A stretch of 64,000 bases of DNA from assembly GCA_035652275.1 (NCBI GenBank), contig DASREB010000117.1, forward strand, positions 5,408 to 69,407, given 5' to 3'. A program made the translations under genes and the position numbers. The stretch is from Burkholderiales bacterium (lineage in GTDB: Bacteria > Pseudomonadota > Gammaproteobacteria > Burkholderiales > SG8-39). Shown one piece after another: positions 48,503 through 56,176 of the stretch. The notes below the pieces were generated by a model. It saw only the letters and a program-made list of their open reading frames with translations, made no database searches and was not told where the DNA came from. How positions within the stretch are numbered: position 1 is the stretch's first letter; the number at the start of each line of letters is the position of its first letter.

Positions 48503-48517
48503 GGGGTCCCGCGCCTC

Positions 48518-50098
48518 TCATCCGTTGCATGCCGCATTCTTTGCGTCGACCGTGAGAAACGTGACGGTCGAGGGGGCGAGTTCGACGCGGCCGGCGGCGA
48601 CCTTTTCGCCCGCGAACGCCGGCAGCTCCCCGTTGGCCTGCAGGTCGAGCGGGCGGCCATTGAGCTGGACGTCGTGGTCCTCGAGGCGAGTCGCGCTCAG
48701 CGTGTAACGTTCGGCCGCAGCGGGCAGAACTAACGACGTCGTTTCGTTCTGGCTGTTGTTGACAGCGAGCAGGGTCACCGCGCCCGGTGCGCCGCGCCGG
48801 CATTGCGCATACAGGTGCAAGCCCTGGAGCCGCGGCACTCCTGCATCAAGTACGGTGGTGCCCATGAGCCGACGCCATAGCAGCGCGGCCCAGTAGTTCG
48901 GCCGCGGCTTCATCGTCTCGCCATCAATCAGCGAATAGTCACCCTGGGCAAGCGTGTTGTGCATGACGGTACGCACGCCGTGGGTCGCGAGTCGCCCGAG
49001 AAGATCGAGGAAGCGGAACGTGTCGATGAAGCTAGACGACCACGGGTCACCGCCGCAGGAGCTCTGGGCCGTCTCCGTCAGCCACATCGGCTTGCCGCGC
49101 TCGTAGCGGTCGCGCAGGCCGGCGTAGTAGTTGTACGTAACGTCACTCCGCTCCAGCCATTCCTCGGACAGCGCCTGGTCGATCGTCGTGTTGAGCTTGC
49201 CGGGCGCCTTGCAGCGAAGCGAGCTCGCCGGGTAGGAATGATAGGTAAAGGCATCGAACTGCGGGCCCGGCTTCGCCTGGAAGATTGAATCGGTGCTCAT
49301 GTACGGCCCGGCGAGCAGCCGAACGGGTCCTTCGCCCGTGGAACTCGGGCCAAGGACAAGCATCTGCGGCGCAGCCTTCTTGGCGAACGGACGGAAGACC
49401 GCGAAGTCGCGCGCGAAAGCCTGCGCATCGTAGCCCTTCGGCGCATCACCAATGCCCTGAGGCGCAAGCGTTGGCTCGTTGGCGAAATCCGCCGCTGCGA
49501 TCTCCCCGCCCACCGACTTCGTGTACTCAAGCAGCTTCTTCGCTTCCCGGGGTGTCCAGCGGCCTTGCGCGTCGCGCACCCCCGTCGAGATGGCGAACGA
49601 CGTGATGATCTTCGCGTCTACCGCTTTCGCGAAATCGATCAGGCCTTTCCACTCCTCGCGCGTGAGCACCGACTCGAAGCCGCGCGGCGGCTTCGCCGGC
49701 GCTGGCGTGTCGGCATCGTGGAAGTACACCGCGTCAGCAGCGTTGCCGCTTGAGCGCACATAGACTGGCCCAAGGGCGGCGGCAAGCTTGCGCAAGCGCT
49801 CGTTCGAAAGGTCGACCGGCTTGACAGGTCGCTTGGCTTGATCATAGAACTCCGCCGACCCCGGCGGCGCCGAGGCGCCCGCGCCGCCCTGCGCTTTCAT
49901 CGCCGCGATCTCGTCGTAAGGCTTCCAGAACAGTCCGCCGGTCAATTCCGCCATCTCGACGTTGTAGGAGAGATAGCGCTCATCGACCGTCGCGACGCGT
50001 GGCATCTTCGCCGGATCGACGGCCTGCGGATCGGCGCCGAGCACGGCCGACGCGGCGAAGAGTAACTGGACGAACGTGACGACGCGAAGGATTTTCAT
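48518..50098 (-). CDS. Secreted GH79-like glycosidase (beta-glucuronidase/heparanase family)
   Basis: The signal peptide is MKILRVVTFVQLLFAASAVLG. The candidate acid/base site is FANEP and the candidate nucleophile site is WLTETAQSSCGG. The start overlaps the stop of the upstream GH2 gene as ATGA. Confidence 0.65.
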   Translation of the reverse strand: MKILRVVTFVQLLFAASAVLGADPQAVDPAKMPRVATVDERYLSYNVEMAELTGGLFWKPYDEIAAMKAQGGAGASAPPGSAEFYDQAKRPVKPVDLSNERLRKLAAALGPVYVRSSGNAADAVYFHDADTPAPAKPPRGFESVLTREEWKGLIDFAKAVDAKIITSFAISTGVRDAQGRWTPREAKKLLEYTKSVGGEIAAADFANEPTLAPQGIGDAPKGYDAQAFARDFAVFRPFAKKAAPQMLVLGPSSTGEGPVRLLAGPYMSTDSIFQAKPGPQFDAFTYHSYPASSLRCKAPGKLNTTIDQALSEEWLERSDVTYNYYAGLRDRYERGKPMWLTETAQSSCGGDPWSSSFIDTFRFLDLLGRLATHGVRTVMHNTLAQGDYSLIDGETMKPRPNYWAALLWRRLMGTTVLDAGVPRLQGLHLYAQCRRGAPGAVTLLAVNNSQNETTSLVLPAAAERYTLSATRLEDHDVQLNGRPLDLQANGELPAFAGEKVAAGRVELAPSTVTFLTVDAKNAACNG

Positions 50099-52797
50099 GG
50101 GCGCCTGTGGATCTGGAGGTTGGAAACGACCGCGTTGCCCTGCACCGGCACGAAGTCGAGCTTGAGTTGCCCACCCGAAACGGCCGCCGTGAAGCCGCGC
50201 GTGATCGGCGTGCGGTACTTGCCCGCCTCATGCAGGACATCAAGGTTCTCGATTTTCTTCTGGCCGTTCGCGAATACGTCGAAGAGGCGTTGGCCGACCG
50301 CCGTATCCGCGTCGGGCTCCAGAAAGCCAAGCGTCACATCGTATGTGCCGTCGGCAAGCGGAATGTAGTACGAGAATTCGCCGCGGCGGTAGTTCTTGTA
50401 GAGATCCGCATCGCGCGTGGCCTGCGGCGGCGTGGCATCGACGATCGGCTTGGTGTTCTTGTTGACGAGCAAGCCGGCGGTACCACCGCTGAAGAAATTG
50501 TCGGAACCAAAGCGCGTACCGGAAGAAGACTTAAGGCCGCTCTCGATCTGGCCGGCCGCGATGTTGATGCCGTCGGCGTTCATCTGCCACTCGACCGTGT
50601 CGCGTACCTCCTGCCCGCCGGAGCGGCCCGTCGCCTCGAGGCGATTCGAACCGCGTCGTAGCGCCACGTTCCGGAAGACGCAAGTCATCAGCCGGCATTG
50701 GCTGCGCGTCATGGTGCCGATCGCCTTGCCATTCAACGCGAGTGTCACCGAGTCGGCGTTGCTATAAACCTTGACGTCGGTCACCGGGTATACCCGGTCG
50801 GTGTAGCGACGGCTGGTGATGTAAGTGACCGGCTCCTTGCTCCAATTGGCCTTGTAAAAGAAAAAGGCGTCCTTTCGCACCTTGCGATCGAACGTCACGA
50901 GGCCCTTGGTGTTGACACCCTGCACGTCGCCCTCGTTGCGGACCCCGGAGCCGAAATCGAACAGCGCCCACGCATACGTGCCCCAAAGATAGGATCTGCT
51001 CTCGAGCAGGTTGTAATTCTGCTCGTGGAGGTAGCTTTGGTATTCCTCCGGTTGGTAAACGACGGGAAACTGGTTCCCAAAGTTGATCGTCTCCGGCGGC
51101 CCACCGAGCGGATTGTCGGTATGGTGCGTCAACGCCCCGCCGCCCCCATACTCGGTCATGCCGAGCGCCTGGTTCGGATAGCGAGCATGGATGGCATCGA
51201 GGAGCTCGCCCAGGCTCGCCACGGTTCCGCTGTACCAGAGATAGTACTGGTTGATGCCCATGGCGTCGGTGATACCACCCGTGGCGATGTAATGCGCATC
51301 GAGCGGCGGCTCGACCTTCTCCTCGAAGTCCGCGTACCCGCTCGCGCGGCTCGGGTCTTCCCGCTTCGCGACGCCGTTGAGCTCGCGAATGAGCGGCGCA
51401 ATATTGTCGTAAGGCGTGCTGCGGCACGCGCGCGACTGGTACGTGCTCTCGTTGCCGACTGCCCACCATGCCACCGACGCGTGGTTATAAAGCTGGCGCA
51501 TGGTTTCCCGCAGCTGCAGCTCGGCGTTTTGCCGCAAGGTCGGCGAGGCGTCGCGCTCGGGACACTTGCCGACAACGAACATGTCGGGCTGGAAATCAGC
51601 GCCGTAGGTGAACGGGACTTCCGCCAGGGTGACAAGGCCCAAGCGGTCGGCAAGCGCATACGCGTAAGGATCGAACTCGAAGTGCCCCAGCCGCACGCTG
51701 TTCGCGCCGATCTCTTTGATGAAGGAGAATGATTGCTCGAGGTCGCTGGCGCTCACCGCCCAGCCCTTGTCGACGATGTCCTGCTCCATCGCCACGCCGC
51801 GCAACCGCAATTGGCGACCATTAAGAAAGAAGCCTTTCTGCGCATCGAAGCGCATCAGGCGCAAGCCGACGTCCTGAACCACGCCGTCCAGCGGCGTTGC
51901 ACCGCGCCGAAGCTCTACTACCAGCCGGTACAGGTATGGATCGTCCATCCCCTGCCAGAGGTGCGCACGTACTACATCGAGCGGCTGGTCAAGCGCCGCC
52001 TGGCCGCGCGCCTTCACGTGCACCGTCTGTTCCCCGCTTGCTTGCGCCTGCCCTTGGCGATCGAGGAGCGAAGCATGCACGACATAGTCGCCGTCAGTGG
52101 CGCTATCGTTCTCTACGAGGGTGCGCACCAGGAGTCGGGCACGGCCTTCTGTGATTGACGTCGTGGTCGCGTACACGCCCGGTCCACCGAGGTCGCCGAG
52201 AGCGATGTGCGCCGCATCCTTCGTCGAGATGAGCCACACGTACCGGTACAGGCCGCCGGAAACATTGAAGTCTCCGATGACCGGAATGATCGCCGTCGGA
52301 TCGCCGGGCTGGCTCGGCGCGCGGTTGTCAGTCTTCACGACTAACACGTTGCGCCCGCTTTTCGCCAGGCGGTCGGTGACATCGAATCGAAACGCCGTGA
52401 AGCCGCCTTTGTGCGTACCGAGCTTTTCGCCATTAAGCCAGACATCGGCCACCATGCTCGCGGCGCCGAACTCGAGCCAGTGGCGCGCCCCCGAAGAGGG
52501 CGTTGGAAACTCCAGGCGATACCAGCCGAGGCCCCGCTTGTACGGCTTGGTGATATGCAGCCCGGCCGCGTCTTTCGCATTCCAGGTATGCGGCAAGCTC
52601 ACCGTTTGCCATCCGCTCACGTCCGCCTGCAACGCCGCGTCATCGGAAAGTCTGTCGTCTTGAATAAATTTCCAGTTCGACCAGAGACTGGTGAACGTCC
52701 GTACCGATTCCGATGACGTTTCTTTCTGTTGTGCGATCGCCGCGGTATCGAACAACGAGATGGCGAGGAACGAGACCAACAAGGATAGAGCTTTCAC
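50095..52797 (-). CDS. Secreted GH2 glycosidase with a C-terminal malectin-like domain (paralog 2)
   Basis: GTG at 52797 has GAGGAG 5 nt upstream. The signal peptide is (M)KALSLLVSFLAISLFDTAAIAQQ. The protein is colinear with the 42134-44824 protein (LPHTWNAKDA, WLEFGAASMVADVWLNGEKLGTHKGGFTAFRFDVTDRL, GTRFGSDNFFSGG). Confidence 0.8.
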   Translation of the reverse strand: MKALSLLVSFLAISLFDTAAIAQQKETSSESVRTFTSLWSNWKFIQDDRLSDDAALQADVSGWQTVSLPHTWNAKDAAGLHITKPYKRGLGWYRLEFPTPSSGARHWLEFGAASMVADVWLNGEKLGTHKGGFTAFRFDVTDRLAKSGRNVLVVKTDNRAPSQPGDPTAIIPVIGDFNVSGGLYRYVWLISTKDAAHIALGDLGGPGVYATTTSITEGRARLLVRTLVENDSATDGDYVVHASLLDRQGQAQASGEQTVHVKARGQAALDQPLDVVRAHLWQGMDDPYLYRLVVELRRGATPLDGVVQDVGLRLMRFDAQKGFFLNGRQLRLRGVAMEQDIVDKGWAVSASDLEQSFSFIKEIGANSVRLGHFEFDPYAYALADRLGLVTLAEVPFTYGADFQPDMFVVGKCPERDASPTLRQNAELQLRETMRQLYNHASVAWWAVGNESTYQSRACRSTPYDNIAPLIRELNGVAKREDPSRASGYADFEEKVEPPLDAHYIATGGITDAMGINQYYLWYSGTVASLGELLDAIHARYPNQALGMTEYGGGGALTHHTDNPLGGPPETINFGNQFPVVYQPEEYQSYLHEQNYNLLESRSYLWGTYAWALFDFGSGVRNEGDVQGVNTKGLVTFDRKVRKDAFFFYKANWSKEPVTYITSRRYTDRVYPVTDVKVYSNADSVTLALNGKAIGTMTRSQCRLMTCVFRNVALRRGSNRLEATGRSGGQEVRDTVEWQMNADGINIAAGQIESGLKSSSGTRFGSDNFFSGGTAGLLVNKNTKPIVDATPPQATRDADLYKNYRRGEFSYYIPLADGTYDVTLGFLEPDADTAVGQRLFDVFANGQKKIENLDVLHEAGKYRTPITRGFTAAVSGGQLKLDFVPVQGNAVVSNLQIHRRP

Positions 52798-52900
52798 GGT
52801 ATCTCCTCGCAGACCCAAATCGGCACGCGCTGCGGTGCTGAAGCGGAGCAAGAAACATGCGGCGCGGCTTGTTTTGTGCGCCATACAACATTGGCGCGCG

Positions 52901-53594
52901 CTACACGACAACGCGATCGAGGACCTGACGGTAAGCGGCCTTCACGGCGGCGTAGCACTCGCAGGCGCGGCTTTCAAGCGCGTCGCGCTCGAGCACTGTT
53001 ATGCGGCCGTGTGTGTAGCGGATAATGCTGTCCTGCTGCAGCTTGGCAGCAGCCGTGCTGACCCCTTCCCGACGCACCCCCAGCATGTTCGCGATGAGCG
53101 CGTGCGTCATAACGAGCTCACGCGTTCCGAGGCGGTCGAGGCTGGCGAGCAACCAGCGGCAAAACTGCTGCTCGATGGAATGATGACGGTTACACCAGCG
53201 CCGTCTGCGAGATTTGGTGCATCAAGGCTTCAGCAAAGCGGAGCAGGTGCTGCTCGAGTTCGCGGTCCGCGGCCAGTTCGCGCTGCAGCGCATCAGCGTC
53301 GAGGCGAAAAGCGCGCAAAGCGCTTTGCGTTACCACGCGCCACCCCGCGACCATGCCGCCGGTAAATGCTTCCATACCGACGACCCCTTCGTTACCGACG
53401 ATCGCGATCTCTACGCTCGAGCCGCTTTCCGTAACTTTGAGCAGCGAAGCAATGCCCGCGCTGACAAAGTACAGCCCATCTTCCGAAGAACCCGGCTCGT
53501 AAATGCGCGTACCGAGCGGCAGCTCGATGGGCTCGAGCTGCGGGCGCAGGCGCTCGAAGACCGGCGTGGAAAGCTGTGCGAGAACCCGATTCAC
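52901..53594 (-). pseudogene. Crp/Fnr-family transcription regulator disrupted by a 1-nt frameshift (or an assembly error)
   Basis: The cNMP-binding half (..LYFVSAGIASLLKVTESGSSVEIAIVGNEGVVG..) ends ISQTALV* at 53190. The HTH half (CNRHHSIEQQFCRWLL...THALIANMLGVRREGVSTAAAKLQQDSIIRYTHGRITVLERDALE..CECY) continues in another frame. One extra base sits near 53195-53198. Confidence 0.6.
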
Positions 53595-53610
53595 TGCCGG
53601 CCTCGCATGG

Positions 53611-54006
53611 TCATGTCTTGCTTTCCGGTCGCTCGGTGGTGAGTCGTCGCACAATGGCGAGCAGCTCGTCTGTGCTGAAAGGCTTGCTCAGCGTGGCGTC
53701 CGCGCCGATCTGGCGCGCCACCGAAAGATAATCCTGACGGCGCAAGCTACGGCCGCTCGACATGGCCACGATGCGAGTGTTCGGAAACTGGCTCTTGATG
53801 CGGTCGATCGTCTCGATGCCATCCATGTCCGGCATGAAGATGTCGGTGATCACGACGTCCGCAGCGCTCTGCTGCTGGCGCTCCAGCGCCTCGCGGCCGT
53901 TCGTTGCTACGTCGACGTCAAACCCGGCACGTTGCAGGCCGAAGGCGACGAATTCGCAAACGTCGGGCTGGTCGTCGACCACGAGGACACGCACGTTCGC
54001 ACTCAA
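53611..54006 (-). CDS. Single-domain (CheY-like) response regulator
   Basis: The translation is VRVLVVDDQPDVCEFVAFGLQRAGFDVDVATNGREALE...VVITDIFMPDMDGIETI...SKPF. The probable TTG start at 54006 overlaps the kinase stop as TTGA. The listed ATG at 54063 lies inside the kinase gene. Confidence 0.75.
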   Translation of the reverse strand: MSANVRVLVVDDQPDVCEFVAFGLQRAGFDVDVATNGREALERQQQSAADVVITDIFMPDMDGIETIDRIKSQFPNTRIVAMSSGRSLRRQDYLSVARQIGADATLSKPFSTDELLAIVRRLTTERPESKT

Positions 54007-55463
54007 GTAGTACGCCGCAGCGCTGCGTCGGATATGGCACGCACCAACGCGTACGGGTCGCACGGCTTGGCGATGAAGCTGTCATAACCCGCAGCGAATG
54101 CCCGCCGCCACTCTTTTTCGCTCGGGAGGCTTGAGAAAGCGACCGCAGCGACGCGCCGGTGCGCACACGCTGCACGCAGCGCAGCGACAAGCGTATAGCC
54201 ATCGTCTACCTCGACGACATCCGCAATCAGTACATCGGCGTGCTCGCGTCCAACGAGGTCCAGGGCTTCCGCCGCACTGTGCGCCTTCCACGTCATGGCG
54301 CCGTGCATCGCGAGCAGATATTGCAGCCATTCGAGCGTGTCCTCATTGCGATCGACCGCGACAATCGCAAGGCCGTTCAACCGCGGCTCGCCACATTCCT
54401 CGGACGGCTGCGGCTCGGCCGCCTCAGCGCCGACGATGAGCGGCAGCTCTATGGTGAAACGGGCGCCCTTCCCACGTCCGCCGCTTTCGACTTGGACGTC
54501 GCCCCCGTGCAGCTCGACGATATGACGCACGAGCGCGAGGCCGAGGCCGAGGCCCCGCCGTCGATGTGTCTTGGCCGCCTCGCCCTGCCAGTAGCGCTCA
54601 AACACATGTGGTAGCGCTGCCGCATCGATACCCGCGCCGTTATCCGCGATGATGAGGCGCGCGTTCCCGGCTGAGCGCTCGAGCGCGAGCTCGACCCGTC
54701 CGCCAGGCTGGTTGAACTTTATGCCGTTGCCAATGAGGTTGCCGATCGCCTGCAACAGGCGCCCCCGGTCCCCTTCCACAAAGAGGGGCTCTTGGATGCT
54801 TAACAGCAGCTTGACGTTCCGGTCCACGGCCGACGGGCGCGCGGCCTCAACCGCCTCGCGCGCCAGACGGCTAAGGTTAACGGGCCGAAGCTCAAGGACG
54901 AACTGGCCTGACAGAATGCGCGACACGTCGAGCAGGTCGTCCATCATGCGAGTTTGCTGACGCGCGTTGCGCAACGCGATGTCCACGGCGCGGGCCACGG
55001 TCGCGCGGTCTTCGGTGTGTGCGCGCGCTATCTCCAGCCAGCCGATCACCGCCGTCAAAATGGCGCGCAGTTCGTGCGACACCATGGCAAGAAAGAAGTC
55101 TTTGTTGCGGTCGGCTGCTTCGGCAGCCGCCTTTTGCGTCTCTGCCCGCTCGCGCAGCTCGTGCTCAATCTGCTCGCTGCGCGCGTTCTCGTCCAGCTCT
55201 CGCATGATCGCCCGGCCATAAGCCTGCGCTACGGCAAGTGAGACGCCCAGAGTGAGAATGAGCGCAGCGCCGCCGGCCGCGCTCCCGTCAACCCACCAAA
55301 CCAATGCGAGCGCGCAAACGATCAGTGGCATCACCGTGATACACACCAGCAGGGCGAGGCGCACCGCGATATGTCTGGCCGCCATGTCACGTGCGCCTCG
55401 CCCGCCCCTCCGCCTTGCTGCGACAGCGCCGTTCATCATCGCCCCGTGCATCGCAGCGTTCAC
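54003..55463 (-). CDS. Hybrid sensor histidine kinase (TM - HisKA - HATPase_c - receiver)
   Basis: The H-box is FLAMVSHELRAIL. The ATPase blocks are GNLIGNGIKFN and ADNGAGI...GLGLGLALVRHIVELHGG. The C-terminal receiver-like domain reads IVAVDRNEDTLEWL...DVLIADVVEVDDG...KP. Several ATGs are available, so the start is uncertain. Confidence 0.8.
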   Translation of the reverse strand: MNAAMHGAMMNGAVAARRRGGRGARDMAARHIAVRLALLVCITVMPLIVCALALVWWVDGSAAGGAALILTLGVSLAVAQAYGRAIMRELDENARSEQIEHELRERAETQKAAAEAADRNKDFFLAMVSHELRAILTAVIGWLEIARAHTEDRATVARAVDIALRNARQQTRMMDDLLDVSRILSGQFVLELRPVNLSRLAREAVEAARPSAVDRNVKLLLSIQEPLFVEGDRGRLLQAIGNLIGNGIKFNQPGGRVELALERSAGNARLIIADNGAGIDAAALPHVFERYWQGEAAKTHRRRGLGLGLALVRHIVELHGGDVQVESGGRGKGARFTIELPLIVGAEAAEPQPSEECGEPRLNGLAIVAVDRNEDTLEWLQYLLAMHGAMTWKAHSAAEALDLVGREHADVLIADVVEVDDGYTLVAALRAACAHRRVAAVAFSSLPSEKEWRRAFAAGYDSFIAKPCDPYALVRAISDAALRRTT

Positions 55464-55537
55464 CCAGGCGTGAAACTTACCGGGTGCTCAAACCGCACGG
55501 TATCGTAAAGATTACGAGAACCAATGCGCCGAAAGGT

Positions 55538-56173
55538 TTATCTCCACCTCCACTCCACGAGATGATTCTGCAGCGCGTAATGCGACAGCTCGACGTCGGA
55601 GCGAAGCTGCAGCTTCTCCAAGATGCGCGTGCGATGGGAGTGCACGGTGCTGACGCTCAGATCGAGCTGCCCGGCGATTTCCTTTACCGTGAAACCGAGT
55701 GCTATCAGGCAGAGCACGTCGTACTCACGCGGAGTTAGCGGCGCGGTGTTGGACGGGGCCATTCCCGCGAGCACGCGCCGCCACAGCGCTGGGCTCATAT
55801 AACGCTGCCCAAGCACGACCTTCCGGATTGCGGTTACTACCTCCTGCGCCGCGGATAACTTCGATACATACCCCGCGGCGCCAGCGATCAGTACGTCGAG
55901 ACCTGCTTGCGACTCCGGCATGAGGCTCAAGATGATGATCGGCAGGCGAGGCCGTAAGGCGTGGATCTGCTTCATCGCTTTTAATGCACCCCCTGGGCCG
56001 GGCATGTTGAGATCGGTCAGCACAACATCGGCCGGCTTCGCCTCGACCAGCGCCAAAAGCGCACGAAAGTCGGCGGCCTCTCCTGTGACCTGCATGTCCG
56101 GCTCGGCCGCGAGCACCTTGCACAGACCTTCACGCACGAGCGCGTGATCGTCTGCAATGATGACGCGAGGCAT
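55538..56173 (-). CDS. NarL/FixJ (LuxR-HTH) family response regulator
   Basis: The receiver reads MPRVIIADDHALVREGL...DVVLTDLNMPG. The HTH reads LTPREYDVLCLIALGFTVKEIAGQLDLSVSTVHSHRTRILEKL. It starts 3 nt after the kinase stop. Confidence 0.9.
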   Translation of the reverse strand: MPRVIIADDHALVREGLCKVLAAEPDMQVTGEAADFRALLALVEAKPADVVLTDLNMPGPGGALKAMKQIHALRPRLPIIILSLMPESQAGLDVLIAGAAGYVSKLSAAQEVVTAIRKVVLGQRYMSPALWRRVLAGMAPSNTAPLTPREYDVLCLIALGFTVKEIAGQLDLSVSTVHSHRTRILEKLQLRSDVELSHYALQNHLVEWRWR

Positions 56174-56176
56174 AAC

